Notes: a model not told the origin generated them from the sequence alone. A stretch of 62,882 bases of DNA, filler included, from Octopus bimaculoides (GCF_001194135.2; 5 parts of 5 records of this genome joined end to end with filler, not necessarily neighbours in it); one strand, 5' to 3'; positions 38,546 through 52,940 are shown, counted from the first letter of the whole stretch. Translations and numbers: made by a program.

Positions 38546-39624
38546 TATATATATGTATGTATATGGTTACATATACATAAACATGATCACACACACATGT
38601 GTAAATAGCTTTATATATATTATATATATATATATGTGTGTGTGTATATATGTATGTATCTATGCATATATAATAAATACTGCAAATCTGTTTAGTTTCC
38701 AACAATTATTTTTTCCTCAAATATCATCCCCNNNNNNNNNNNNNNNNNNNNNNNNNNNNNNNNNNNNNNNNNNNNNNNNNNNNNNNNNNNNNNNNNNNNN
38801 NNNNNNNNNNNNNNNNNNNNNNNNNNNNNNNNNNNNNNNNNNNNNNNNNNNNNNNNNNNNNNNNNNNNNNNNNNNNNNNNNNNNNNNNNNNNNNNNNNNN
38901 NNNNNNNNNNNNNNNNNNNNNNNNNNNNNNNNNNNNNNNNNNNNNNNNNNNNNNNNNNNNNNNNNNNNNNNNNNNNNNNNNNNNNNNNNNNNNNNNNNNN
39001 NNNNNNNNNNNNNNNNNNNNNNNNNNNNNNNNNNNNNNNNNNNNNNNNNNNNNNNNNNNNNNNNNNNNNNNNNNNNNNNNNNNNNNNNNNNNNNNNNNNN
39101 NNNNNNNNNNNNNNNNNNNNNNNNNNNNNNNNNNNNNNNNNNNNNNNNNNNNNNNNNNNNNNNNNNNNNNNNNNNNNNNNNNNNNNNNNNNNNNNNNNNN
39201 NNNNNNNNNNNNNNNNNNNNNNNNNNNNNNNNNNNNNNNNNNNNNNNNNNNNNNNNNNNNNNNNNNNNNNNNNNNNNNNNNNNNNNNNNNNNNNNNNNNN
39301 NNNNNNNNNNNNNNNNNNNNNNNNNNNNNNNNNNNNNNNNNNNNNNNNNNNNNNNNNNNNNNNNNNNNNNNNNNNNNNNNNNNNNNNNNNNNNNNNNNNN
39401 NNNNNNNNNNNNNNNNNNNNNNNNNNNNNNNNNNNNNNNNNNNNNNNNNNNNNNNNNNNNNNNNNNNNNNNNNNNNNNNNNNNNNNNNNNNNNNNNNNNN
39501 NNNNNNNNNNNNNNNNNNNNNNNNNNNNNNNNNNNNNNNNNNNNNNNNNNNNNNNNNNNNNNNNNNNNNNNNNNNNNNNNNTATATACATATACATACAT
39601 ACATATATATGTATGTATAAAAGT

Positions 39625-40250
39625 ACTCACTACACTCTTGGAGTGGTTGGCGTTAGGAAGGGCATCCAGCTGTAGAAACTCTGCCAGATCAGATTGGGGC
39701 TTGGTGCAGCCTCCTGGCTTCCAAGACCCCAGTCGAACCGTCCAATCCATGCCAGCATGGAAAACGGAGGCTATAGTGCAAGACACTTGTCCAAGGTGCC
39801 AGGCAGCGAGACTGAACCCGGAACCATGTGGTTGGGAAGCAAACTTCTTACCACACAGCCATGCTTGTGCCTGCACCTATATCGTCATCATCATCGTTTA
39901 ACATCCGTTTTTCCAGCTGGCATGGGTTGGACGGTTTGACTGAGGACTGGCAAGCCAGTGGGCTGCACCAGGCTCCAATCTGATTTGNNNNNNNNNNTCC
40001 GTTTTTCCAGCTGGCATGGGTTGGACGGTTTGACTGAGGACTGGCAAGCCAGTGGGCTGCACCAGGCTCCAATCTGATTTGGCAGAGTTTCTACAGCTGG
40101 ATGCCATTCCTAATACCAACCACTCTGAGAGTGTAGTGGGTGCTTTTTACATGCCACTGGCATGGGAGCCAGTCAGGGGGGCACTGGCATCGGCCACGTT
40201 TGGATGGTGCTTTTTATGTGCCACCGGCACGGGAGCCATTCAGTGGGTTG
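39625..40250. mobile_element. Oppositely oriented RTE-tail-type SINE segments flanking a SINE head
   Basis: 39625-39768 (gagtggttggcgttaggaagggcatccagctgtagaaactctgcc) versus its reverse complement at about 39900-40135. Confidence 0.8.
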
Positions 40251-40683
40251 AATCATATGAATATTGAGGGGAAGATTGTATTGTTTCAGAACTGGAATAC
40301 AGCATTGTAGTGAAAGATGGGCCTCGACTGGAAGACTTGAGAAGACCAGGACAAAAATGCAACAAATATACGCCATTACATGTGCAGTGTACGTGTGCAT
40401 GAACGACGTAATATAAATGTGGTGAGAGAAAAACCAACTGGGAATAAGAGGAATCAGATGTGGTTTACAAGAAGGAAGGCTTCACTTGTACGGACATATG
40501 ATGTGTGTATGGATGAGGGCAGCTGTTTAAAGAAGTGCTGATCACTAAAAGTAAACAGACACATTCATACATGCACTTTCGTGTGTTGTGGGTGTGTATA
40601 AACGTTACATTGTACCTACAATGTTACTGCTGTAGCTACATATATATATATGTATGTATGTATATATATATACATACATATAC

Positions 40684-40791
<108 letters not shown>

Positions 40792-41325
40792 GTATACACA
40801 TATACATGTATATATATGTAAATCTATAGAGAGAGAGAGAAAGAAAAAGAAAGGGAGGGAGGGAGTGATACATATGTTATTTATATATATATATATAAAA
40901 CATATTTATGTATATGCAGGTGTGTTTAAATAAACATGCACTCATGAATGAGGTCCTACAGATGCTTTCGTTTGCATTTACATACTTATAAATACGTGTA
41001 TGATCTTCAAACAGGAGCTTGCAAGTCACGAGGACTACACCAAGTTCTGCTGTCTGCTTCAGTTTGGTTTTCTGTGGCTGCATGGCCTTCCCGATGCCCA
41101 CCGCTTTACAGGGTGCACTGGCTGCTTTTTAAGTGGCACTGGCACCAATGGGGTGACCGCGTAACCTGCAAGTGGAGACCCTTCAACAGAGAAGGGAGTA
41201 GTTTGTGCCAAGTGATGTCAGATTACAGAATGACTAGAAAGAGAGAGAGAGACACACACACATATGCATGTGTACAGACTATTTACACACATGCACTCCC
41301 ATGTATACAGTCATACATACATACT

Positions 41326-41361
<36 letters not shown>

Positions 41362-42652
41362 AAACACAAATGCACATAACCGAAACACACACACACACAT
41401 CTAGGACATGATAACAATGAAACAGAAATACCAAGAGAGAGGAGGGAGGAGAGAGGCGGAGGGAGAGGAAGGGAGGGAGAGAGGGGGAGGAGAGACAGAG
41501 GGGAGAGATAGGAAGAGAGAGAGAAAGGGAAGGAGGAAAGAGAGAGAGGGGGGCAGAAAGAGAGAGAAAAAGTGAAAGGGTTCACCACCTGCCTCATTCT
41601 TCACCCAAGAGAAAGGAACGGTCCCCCACCACCCAGCCACACCACACCCATCCACTACCCTCACCCCCACCCCACCCCGCAACCCTGCTTATACCCAGAG
41701 AGATGTANNNNNNNNNNNNNNNNNNNNNNNNNNNNNNNNNNNNNNNNNNNNNNNNNNNNNNNNNNNNNNNNNNNNNNNNNNNNNNNNNNNNNNNNNNNNN
41801 NNNNNNNNNNNNNNNNNNNNNNNNNNNNNNNNNNCCCATCCCCTGCACCTCCCCACCCGACCCCCCTCCTTTTATTGTACTTTGAATATCTCTGGTGAGG
41901 GAATTACAGGGAAGTGATAGGGACTTCCTCCTCATCACCCCGCCCCCACCTGCCCCTTTCAACCTTACCCCCAGCAACAGGGGGAACCCGCCTCTGTCTG
42001 TCTGTGTATTTCCTTCACACCCACCTACCCACCTCCCTCTTCCTATGCTTCTGTGTATGACTATGTGTGTCTGAGTGTCTGTATATATGTGTATCGGTAC
42101 ACAATAATAGAGTACCTGGAGCCAAACAACAACAACAACAGCAACAACAACACGGGAATTGCTTTTATGGTCATTCAATTTGCTGAAAATAACAGTCAAT
42201 GTCGTGGATCTTTTCTGTTTGGCTGCCACTTCTCAATTTCTTCAATTTTGTCCCAATTGATTTCATATTTGTTGTATTAATGTAGTTTTACATGGTAATC
42301 AGGGACATGAAACTAATTTTTACCAGAATGTAGCGGCAGACGAACTGCCACTGAGCATTTCGTCCAGTGTGCTAAAGGTTGTGCTTGCTCGCCACCTTTG
42401 GTAGTAGTAGTAATAATAATAATAATAATAATGGTTTCAAATTTTGCCTCAAGGGCAGACTTTTGGGGGAAGGGGTTAAGTGAATTACATCAAAAATGGA
42501 GTTTTACTGGTACTTAATTCATCGACCCCCGCGAAAGGATGAAAGGCAACGTCGACCTCAGTGGAATTTGAACTCACAACATGAAGGATGAATGAAATAT
42601 CATGAAGCATTTTGGCCAGTGTGCTAACAACCTTGCCAGCTCGCCAATAATA

Positions 42653-42695
<43 letters not shown>

Positions 42696-42901
42696 TAATA
42701 ATGATGATGATGATGATGATGATAGCGCTACTACCACCAAGACCAACATGGCTGTGGCTGCTACTGCTGCTACTACTACTACCACTAGAAGTACAAGACC
42801 TAAATAACTCATCCCAGGCCTTCCACCACCACAACCATCATCTCACCCACTGTTGTGATATATTTCTGTCTTCATGTCTATGTGTATAATCACCATCACA
42901 G

Positions 42902-42939
<38 letters not shown>

Positions 42940-43065
42940 GCCATCACTACCACCACCGTCCTCCCCGCCACCAGAAATGCACCCCTCCCCCCCGTGCTCT
43001 GTTTGATCATCGATTCATCTGGATTCTTTATTGCCTGATCAATGACCCTGGCAGATACACAACAT

Positions 43066-43096
<31 letters not shown>

Positions 43097-43704
43097 TCTA
43101 TACAAATGCATACATTCATATATATGTGTGTGTGTGTGCGTGTATATACACACATGTATATATATATATACATANNNNNNNNNNNNNNNNNNNNNNNNNN
43201 NNNNNNNNNNNNNNNNNNNNNNNNNNNNNNNNNNNNNNNNNNNNNNNNNNNNNNNNNNNNNNNNNNNNNNNNNNNNNNNNNNNNNNNNNNNNNNNNNNNN
43301 NNNNNNNNNNNCATAGAAAATGCATACATACTCACACACATACATTAACACACACACTCATACATACATACATACATACATTCATACACATACACACACG
43401 TGTACACACACAAATACACACAAACAAAACTGACTTTCTGACGTAAAATAAAATTTCATATAATGTTGTTAAGATGGAAGACCAACCACCCAAATCTGTG
43501 CTGACCCCTGAATATACCACACTGACCTCAACCAGGATTGATCCATCAGTGTAGCTATAACTAACGAGGTACTACCGAACTGGTCTGACCTTTTGACATT
43601 TCAAAACAAAAACAAAATTAGATTGAAACTGTTTTGAATGATTAATCGAGGAGGCTGTGTGGATGCTGGATTTGCTAGAAATAGCAGCCAACAACTGTGT
43701 TATG

Positions 43705-44005
43705 AAGAGCACATTAAGTAATGTTGTCCTAGGTAGATTATATCTGAATGAAATATGGGATCGTCATGACAGGGACATCTTTGATCATATGTCTGTTGGA
43801 TCAGGACTGACCTGGGGCTAAATAACAAGGAAGGACACATAAGATAATGTAGTCCTAGAGATACCATGCCTGAATGAAACATGAAAGGGTCATAGCTGGA
43901 GCATCTGTGATCATAGAATGGCTGAATCAGGTCTGACCTGGGGTTAAACAACAAGAAATAAAGTCACATTAGATAATGTAGTCCTAGATACATTTATGTC
44001 TGAAC
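43705..44005 (+). repeat. Dispersed ~125-bp unit repeat, locus 3
   Basis: gtcctag at 43726, 43852 and 43981 (period 126-129). Confidence 0.8.
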
Positions 44006-44839
44006 CCACCTCAGGCAAACCAACCACAAGAAAGACTTCTTTAGCAAGTGCTAAGCGCTCCTCAATGTCTGTCACATTTGAAGTTCCGGAACCTTTGGTT
44101 TCCTGTCAACCATCCATTTATCCCATCTTGCCAGCTGTTAGTTTTGTGAAGGAATCTAGTGTCACAATCAGACAACAAAATACTTTTGATATTAATTTCT
44201 AATTGGTTGAGTATTCCATAGACACTGGTACTGTTTCTTTTTTTAAAAATTATCTCGGGCTGTATCAGTGGGCCACAATCCAGGAATGGATTACAGATGT
44301 CAATTGCAAATACATTTTATCTCGTGTACACTTCATTAAAGGCCCACCTTTTGTCTGAATATTCCTCAGACAAAGGTGTGCCTTTAATGAAATTCTCAGA
44401 CAGAGTCAGTGACTTACAGTGTGTGTATGGGGGTGTCTACGAGTGTGTGTGTTTGTTATATATGTGCATGTGTGTGTGTTTGTGTGTGAGTGTCTATTTG
44501 TGTGTGTTTGAACATGTGTAAGCATTTGTGTGTGTGTGTGTGTTGGTATGAGTGTGCAAGAGTGTGTGACTTTGTATGCGTGTGAGTGTGTGTTTGAGCA
44601 TATGTGTGTGTGGACTTGTGTTTGTGGATGTGTGTATGTGTATGTATGTTTGTGAGTGTGTATATGTGTTTGTGTATTTGTGTGTGTGCTTGAGCATGTG
44701 TGTGAACATGCATCAGTGTGTAACTTTGAGTGTGTGTGTGTGTGTAAGTTGGAATGGTTTGAATTACTGGTACAATGTGGACAGCAATAAGAGTGAGACA
44801 AAGAGAAAAAGGGGCAAAAAGAGAGGAAGACAGAGAGGA

Positions 44840-44871
<32 letters not shown>

Positions 44872-45028
44872 TGAGAGGGATGGAAGTGATAAAACCATAC
44901 AGAGTGGAGCATGGCTGGTGTGGTGTAACAAAATGTCCCCAATGTGAATAGGGGTAGAAACAGTGACAGGGGTAGACAACAGGTATGGTATTGGGTGCCA
45001 CAGTCTGTAGAAAACTTTAAAATCTTAC

Positions 45029-45350
45029 CTGCACCAAAGGCAAAGAAGAAACTCTGTTTCGGGTGCGTCTGTATTAAATCGACCACCCGTGTGGCCATCC
45101 TCTCGTTCCGTTTGTGTATGAGCTCATTGCGGAAGTAGCTGTCTATAGTCTTGGCTGTTTGCAGCTCGTGTGGAGGCAATGATGCATTGACCAGGCTGGG
45201 GAACTGTGACGTGTCCTGGTTGAATATGATGGAGTTGAGGTCACCACAGTTATACTGCTGTACCAGGTGGTCAGTGGTGTAGGGCATGGCGACCTTGTTT
45301 TTGCGGTAAGTCTCATGTTGACGCAGAGTTTGGTTCAGGGCAAATAACAC
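45029..45350 (-). CDS. TRABD2: Internal coding exon of a Tiki/TRABD2 (TraB-family) metalloprotease, 322 bp, phase 0 to phase 1
   Basis: Translates [108 protein letters not shown]. This closely resembles vertebrate TIKI1/2 as I recall them ([29 protein letters not shown]). Acceptor ttatttccag|GTG and donor GCAG|gtaaga are canonical. Confidence 0.95.
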
Positions 45351-45419
45351 CTGGAAATAACAAGAAATAAATAAATGAATGCATAACAACAACAACAACA
45401 ACAACAACAACAACGATAA

Positions 45420-45877
45420 TTTCAAAATTTAGCACAAGGCCAGCAATTTCGAGAAGCTGGTAAGTTGATTACATCATCCCCGCCCCAGTGCTCAACTGGC
45501 ATTTATTTTATTGACCTCGAAAGGATGAAAGTCAAAGGCAACCTCAGCTAAATTTGATCTCAGAACATAAAGACATGAAATGTTGCGAGGAATCGGTCTG
45601 CCAGCTCACTGCCTTGATGATGATGGTGATGATGATGGTGATGGTGATGATGATTTATTTAATTGACCCCAGAAGGATGAAAGGCAAAGTCGACCTTGGT
45701 GGAATTTGAACTCAGAACGTAAAGGCAGACGAAATGATGCTAAGTGTTTTGTTCGGTGTGCTAACAGTTCTGCCAGCTTGCCCCCTTAATAATAATAATA
45801 ACAACAATAACAATAACAATAATAATAATAATAACAATAACAATAACAATAATAATAATAATAACAATAACAATAAC

Positions 45878-45909
<32 letters not shown>

Positions 45910-46140
45910 CGATAGTAATCATAATAGTAATGATGATGATGATGATGATGATGATGATAATCAGGATCATGTTAATGGCTTCTGATTTAAGACCATGGCA
46001 AGCAATTTTGAGGAGAGGCAGATAATTGATTACATCACCNNNNNNNNNNNNNNNNNNNNNNNCAATCTCAAATAGTAAATATTTCCTCAACCCTCAAAAA
46101 AGGATGGGAAGCAGAGTCAAGTCCAGGGGGACTTCAGCTC
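45420..46140 (-). mobile_element. Cluster of family A SINEs separated by triplet repeats
   Basis: Repeated ...aaggatgaaaggcaaagtcgacc...gaatttgaactcagaac blocks. Confidence 0.75.
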
Positions 46141-47111
46141 AGAATGAAAAGAGCCCATCTTATGCATACATGATGATGACGGCGACGATGGTGATGATGG
46201 TGATGAGGATGCTATATATGTAAATGTTTTTTTATTAATGTTTCGCAGAAGCAAGGTGGTAATCTGTGAGAATCGTTAAGATGCCAGGTAAAATGCTTCA
46301 CGTTCTTGAGTTCAAACTCATCCTTTCGGGGGTTGCACTACCTGAACTCTGGGCTTGATACGATCGACTTGGCTACTCCCTCGAAATTGCTGGCTTTGTG
46401 CCAAAGTTTGAAACGAAGGCTGTGAACCGGCAGAGCTGTTCTGAGTTCACGTTCTGAGTTTAAATTTCACTGAGGTTGACTTTGCCTTTCATCTTTATGG
46501 CGGGGATCGATAAAATTAGTACCAGTTGTACACTGGGGTTGATGGAAAAATTATTATTCAGTCACAATACTCTAATAGTAAGGATTATTTGCCAACATAA
46601 TGTGGCAGTCCTGGTTAGGACGACTGTTACAGTTATTTAGCCCCAGGAAACATCGTCTCCAGCTGGCTATACAACACACAATCTGTTTGAAAATATAAGG
46701 GGGTGCTCCAGCATGGCTGTAGTCATATGACTGAAATAAAAGAAAAACAGAATATCTACTCATGTTCTGAGGTCTATATTTCTTGTGTGAGTGTTTATGG
46801 CTCTTTCTGTAGACATCATGAAAGCGTCGTAAACAGGTATCCCTGTTATACAAGAGGTGCCACTCATTTCCGATCTCCCACAAANNNNNNNNNNNNNNNN
46901 NNNNNNNNNNNNNNNNNNNNNNNNNNNNTTAATTAATTAANNNNNNNNNNNNNNNNNNNNNNNNNNNNNNNNNNNNNNNNNNNNACTTATTCTTTGTAAG
47001 CCTAGTACTTATTCTATCGGTCTCTTTTGCCGAACTGCTAAGTTACGGGGGACGCAAACACATCAACATTGGTTGTCAACCAATGGGGGGACAAACAGAC
47101 ACACAGATATA

Positions 47112-47157
<46 letters not shown>

Positions 47158-47736
47158 CGATGAGCTTCTTTCAGTTTTCTGTCTACCAAATCCACTGACA
47201 AGGCTTTGGTCGGCCTGAGGTTATAGTAGAAGACACTTGCCCAAGGTGCCATGCAGTGGGACTGAACCCGGAACCATGTGGTTGGCAAGCAAGCTTCTTA
47301 CCACACAGCCATTCCTATACCTACGATATGCTAACAATTTTGCCAGCTCACCACCTAAATAATAATAATGATAATAATAATAATAATAATAATATTAATA
47401 ATAATAATAATAATAATGATGGTAATATTGGATGTTGAATGTCTCCCATGATAATTAACAACCAAGTAACAAAGCTTATAACGTGCGGAAAGAGACACTG
47501 TGAAACCTCTGACCTCAGGCTACTGTCCACTCTCACAGAATCTACCAGAGCAAACAAGATTGAGCACTCTGAGAAGTAAAACAATAAATAATAATCCTCT
47601 CTGTTATCAAGCCAAAGCCTAGAATTTTTTGGGGGGGATAGGGGCTAGTTGATTATGTCAACCCCAGTACTAGACTGGCTGTTATTTTACTGAACCTGAA
47701 GTTGACCACAGCAGAATTTGTACTCTATGTAGTAGG

Positions 47737-48106
47737 GGCACTCTGTCGGTTACGACGACGAGGGTCCCAGCTGATACGATCAACGGAACAGCCTGCTCGT
47801 GAAACTAATGTGCAAGTGACTGAGCAATCCACAGACATGTGTACCCCTTCTCGTAGCTCTCAGGGAGATTCAGTGTGACACATAGCGTGACAAGGCCGGC
47901 CTTTTGAAATACAGCTACTACTCATTTTTGCCAGCTGAGTGGACTGGAGCAATGTGAAATAAAGGGTCTTGCTCAAGGACGCAACGCGTCGCTNNNNNNN
48001 NNNAATAAAGGGTCTTGCTCAAGGACGCAACGCGTCGCTGGGAATTGAACTCACGACCTTACGATTGTGAGCCGAATGCCCTAACCACTAAGCCATGCGC
48101 CTTCAC
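47737..48106 (-). mobile_element. tRNA-derived SINE family C
   Basis: Reverse complement of the 22004-22380 family. Confidence 0.8.
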
Positions 48107-48214
48107 AATGTAAAGACAAATGAAATGCCACAAAGCATTTTCACTGATATGCTAACAATTTTGCCAGACTGATGCATTAATAATAATAATAATAATAATA
48201 ACAACAATGATAAT

Positions 48215-48850
48215 CCTTTCCACTAGAGGTACAAGGCCTGAAATTTTTGGGGTGGGGGCTAGTTGATTACATTGACCCCAGAATTCGACCGGTACTTATT
48301 TTACTGACCCCAAAAACATGAAAGGCAAACCAACCTCAATAGAATTTGAACTCAGAACACAAAGATAGATGAAGTGCAGCTGAGCATTTGGTCTGGCGTA
48401 CTCACTACCACAATAATTTCAAATTTTTGCCACAAGGACAGCTTGGGGGAGCTTATTAAGTCGATTACATGGACCCAGTGCATAACTGGTACTTATTTGA
48501 CTCCAAAAGGATGAAAGGCAACGTCAACCTTGGCAGAATTTGTACTCAGGACATAGCAGCTGACGAAATATCGCTAAGCATTTCGCCCAGCATGCTAACG
48601 ACTCCGCCAGCTCACCACCTTAATAATAATTATAATAACGATTGTAAATTTTCGCACAAGGCCAGAAATTGTGGGGGAGGGGTTAAGTCGATTATATCAA
48701 CCCCAATGCTCAGCTGATGCCTGTTTTATTGACCCTTGAAAGGGCAAAAGGAAAAGTTGACCGAGGTGGGATTTGAACTCAGAATGTAAAGACAGACAGA
48801 ATGCAGATAAGCATTTTGTCAGGCATGCTAACAGTTCTGCCAGTTCACTA
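48215..48850 (-). mobile_element. Three head-to-tail family A SINEs joined by (AAT)n
   Basis: Three successive cacaagg..cc...gaactcag...gccagctcaccacc blocks. Confidence 0.8.
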
Positions 48851-49173
48851 TGATGATGATGATGATGATGGTAATAAAAGTAATAACATTATTCTTATTA
48901 CTGTTATTATTATTATAATGATGATGATGAGGAGGAGGAGGAGGAGGAGGATAATGAGGAAAGAGGAGGTTGGTGACTATGATGACGGATAATAATGAAG
49001 ATAATAATACTGAAGATGATGATGATGATGATGATGATGATGATAACAATAACGATTATGATATTATGATGGGGAGGACGAGGATGGTGTTGATGACGGT
49101 GGTGATGGTAACGAAAAAAACATTTATGATGATGATGATGATGATAACGATGATTATGATGATGATGATGATT

Positions 49174-49204
<31 letters not shown>

Positions 49205-49449
49205 CAATTATGATGATGATGATGACAACGTCGATAATGCCAATGGTTATAAGAATGATGATGAAGATAAAAAGGATGATGGTAGCGTTGGTGGGGCTGG
49301 TGATGATGATGATGATAACGATGATGAAGGTGATGATGACGATGCTGATGATGCTGACGATGTCATGATTAATAATATTAAGCGTAAGAATAATTAAACA
49401 AATTTTGAAAATTTTTTTAACAATAAGAACAATAAAAATAATCATTTTA

Positions 49450-49484
<35 letters not shown>

Positions 49485-49490
49485 TATTAA
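48850..49490. repeat. Degenerate (GAT)n/(ATT)n triplet repeat region
   Basis: Direct reading. Confidence 0.9.
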
Positions 49491-49759
49491 CCATACACAC
49501 ACACACCATGCACACACACACATACCATACACTCACACATAAGGACACACAGACACACAGAGCAAGAAGAAAGACAAGATTTTGGCTTCCAGAAAGAAAT
49601 AAAAGCTGGATAAAAGCTCATCTCCCAGGAATATATGGGTGGTGGTGGTGGCCATAGTTGGAGAGGGAGGGCAGCTGAAGTGTTTGTGCTTCAGTGATGT
49701 CAGTGGTATCTGTGGTGGTGGTGGTAGTGGTAATGTTAGTGCTTCAATGTGCATTATTA

Positions 49760-49808
<49 letters not shown>

Positions 49809-49830
49809 GGGTTACAGCAAATATTCTGCT

Positions 49831-50328
49831 AGTGTTATCATGTACATTGTTTTGTCTTGGTATAAAAGATGGGCCACAGCAAATATTCTGCTCAATACCA
49901 CAGATTTGCTTGTCAGTTGTTTGACCTTAAACAGTTGAGCAAGTCCCTTGGTGGCTGACGATATGTGCATCTCTGATCATGAGCAGAAGTAGTGGGGGAG
50001 CATCATAGCCATGTGTTGAGAGGAGTTCTTTGGGGTTTGAATAATTCACCTTTGGAAACATGGGTGTTTTGCTCAACATTCTTAAACAAACCTTATTCAG
50101 GGACCTTTTGAGCAGGATGGGCTACTCGACCTGAAAAAAATTCTAACTGCGCCCAATCTGCGAGGTCATGCGCTGTTTATCTTGATATGAGATCACCATG
50201 TTGTGCACATATGGTTGTGATGCATGTGCCTGGTGTACCCTTATCAGACGGGTAGTCATGATGGGTATATTGGGCTTCGTATATTTTACCCCAGTGTCAC
50301 TTTGATGGCATGCACTGCTCTCTCACTC
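49831..50328 (+). mobile_element. Element X copy 3, flanked by (AAT)n on both sides
   Basis: Matches 14401-14896; (AAT)n at 49758-49807 and 50329-50355. Confidence 0.88.
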
Positions 50329-50355
50329 AATAATAATAATAATAATAATAATGAT

Positions 50356-51135
50356 TTTATTTATTTGCCACAAGGGCAAAGGATGAGGAGAACAATACAA
50401 AGACAGACATAAGTGTGGGGTTTTACATATGAAATGATAAAAAAAAAGGGGGAAAGACAGAAATTGAGAATACATAGTATACAGTGAAACAAAAGGAACA
50501 TATGCATAGCATACACAAGTAAAAAAAAAAATGGCAGGGGTATGATAGAGATGTGGCCCTCCTGATACAGGAAGGCCTCTAGGAATAATCGAGGAACCCC
50601 ACTGTCCAAGATTTCTCTGAAACCCCAAGAGCAAGTGCCCTCTCCAATTCCTTCTCTTCGACTCATGAGATACCATCCACTCTTGCCATTTTTGCAACTT
50701 CCACTCATCTTTCAATAAACTCACTCAAGGATAGCACCTCTCTCTCTCTCTACTCTCAATTTCCTTTTCAAGTGAAACTTGAAGAAGTCAATGAGAGCTC
50801 TACCAAAGTCCAATGTATCTGTCCTCATGCCTTTCAGCCTTGTCCACCAAACAATCTCTTTCACCACAGCCACCAAGCAAAAGGAAAACTGCCTTGCCTG
50901 CCCAGAGGGCAGTGGTGTGATCATCACTATGGACTTGGCCGACAGATGGATCTCTCCCCCACATGACAGCTGCTGTCCAGCATAAACTCCACAAGTCAGC
51001 AGTTCCTGGACACTGTATGAGGGCCTGCAAAATGGTTTTGTCACTCTGTGCACACAATGGACAAACCCATCTGACAGCACATCTGTGTCTGTAGAGTTTA
51101 TCTCGAACCGGTAGTACCCCACCAGTAGCACTGCC
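50356..51135 (-). mobile_element. Tx1/L1-like LINE C-terminus and 3'UTR
   Basis: CLVAVVKEIVWWTRLKG...GRALIDFFKFHLKRKLRVER, followed by a pyrimidine-rich 3'UTR. Confidence 0.65.
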
Positions 51136-51324
51136 AGGCCAAGGACATCTCTTTTACTCTTTTACTTGTTTCAGTCATTTGACTGAGGCCATGCTAGAGC
51201 ACCGCCTTTAGTCGAGCAAATCGACCCCAGGACTTATTCTTTGGAAGCCTAGTACTTATTCTATCGGTCTCTTTTGCCTGACTAGTAGAGGGCTGTGAGC
51301 CCCTGACGACCATCTTTTCTACTG

Positions 51325-51832
51325 TAGGCACAAGGCCTGAAATTTGTGTAGAGGGGGTAAGTTGATCATATCAATACTAATATGTGATTGGTGCTTATTT
51401 TATTGACCTTGAAAAGAGGAAAGGTAAAGTCGACCTTGATGGAATTTGAACTCAGAACTTAAAGATGGGTGAAATACCACTAAGCATTTTGCTTAGTGTG
51501 CTAACGAGTCTGCCAGCTCACTGTCCTAATGATAATGATAATAAAAACAATTCTACTACTACTACTACTACTACTACTATTACTACTACTACTACTATTA
51601 CTACTACTATTACTACTACTACTACTAGTAATAATCCTTTCTGTTATAGACACAAGGCCTGACATTTGAGGGGAGGGGACTATTCAATGTTTCACTGGTA
51701 CTTAATTCATCGACCCTGAAAGGATGAAAAGCAAAGTCAACCTCGGTAGAATTTGAACTCAGAGCGTAGTGATGGGTGAAATACCACTAAGCATTTCATC
51801 CAAAGTGCTAACGATTCTGCCAGCTCGCCACC

Positions 51833-51898
<66 letters not shown>

Positions 51899-52105
51899 TT
51901 GGTTTCAAATTTTGGCACAAGGCCAGTAGTTTTGGAAAGGGGTTAATTCAATTACATTGACCCCAGTGTCTGACTGGTAATTAATTTATTGACTCTGAAA
52001 GGATGAAGGCCAAAGTCGACCTTGATGGAACTTGAACTTAGAATGTAAAAACAAATGAAATTTCAGTAAGCATTTTGCTAGCAATTCAACCAACTTGCCA
52101 TATTG
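51325..52105 (-). mobile_element. Three family A SINEs separated by (ACT)n/(AAT)n
   Basis: Direct similarity to other copies. Confidence 0.8.
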
Positions 52106-52108
52106 ATG

Positions 52109-52176
<68 letters not shown>

Positions 52177-52179
<3 letters not shown>

Positions 52180-52362
52180 AACACCAGGACTAACAAGTAT
52201 GAAAAACTAAGAAAATAGCGCTACTAGACACTGCACACATCCTACATAAAACACTTTCAATACAGTAAAAATAAGAGCATCATAACAAACCACAGCACAT
52301 ACCCAAGGCACACAGAGCTGCGCTCGGTAGTACAGTGAAAGCACGTGGTAAAAATAAGACTA

Positions 52363-52365
<3 letters not shown>
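52177..52365 (+). mobile_element. Short 5'-truncated R4/Dong-like copy inside (AAT)n
   Basis: Matches the reverse complement of 22905-23090 (KTPGLT..KIALL.TAHIL plus 3'UTR); (AAT)n on both sides. Confidence 0.88.
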
Positions 52366-52395
<30 letters not shown>

Positions 52396-52397
<2 letters not shown>

Positions 52398-52940
52398 AGT
52401 GGAAACTGTGCCAGGAAAGGGGATTTGAAGCTAGAAACACATGGTACAATCACTGAGTTGAAAGTGTGCAGGGGTCAGAGAAATGCAAGATTTTTGTGGG
52501 ACTTTCCTATTCAAATTGACAAGAAATTTGAAAATAATAGACCAGAGATAACAATTATTGATAAGGAAAAGTGAAGTTGTTTAATTATTGATCCGTCATG
52601 CCTATTTGATTCCAGGATCGTAAAGAAAGAGGGAGCAAAAAAAAAAATGAACTACAGTCCCTTAAAATTTGAAATAGAAGGATTTTGAAGCATGTGAACA
52701 GTAAAGGTTGTGCCTGGGAACAGTAAGCCAAGATATAGACTAATGGTTGAAGGAGATTGAAACAGAATGACCGGTAGAGTACCTGCAGAAAGTCAGTCTC
52801 TTAGGGAGAGCAAGGATTATCAGAAGGGTTCTAAGTACTTGAAAGACTGCTGAAAACTTGTGGATACCTAAGGTTACAGGTAGTAAACTGCTATCCACAA
52901 AAACCTTATCAGGAATAAGACCAAATCTGAGCCAAACCAA
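52396..52940 (+). mobile_element. Second R4/Dong-like REL fragment
   Basis: Homologous to 15080-15620 (HWKLC..WYNH..KI..WDF PIQ.DKK..NNRPEI..DK..IDPSC). Confidence 0.8.

Noticed and set aside
39905-40080. Exact ~80-bp direct repeat either side of a 10-N gap (similar cases at 47960-48040 and 13150-13410)
   Set aside because: Typical unmerged contig overlap; an assembly artefact.
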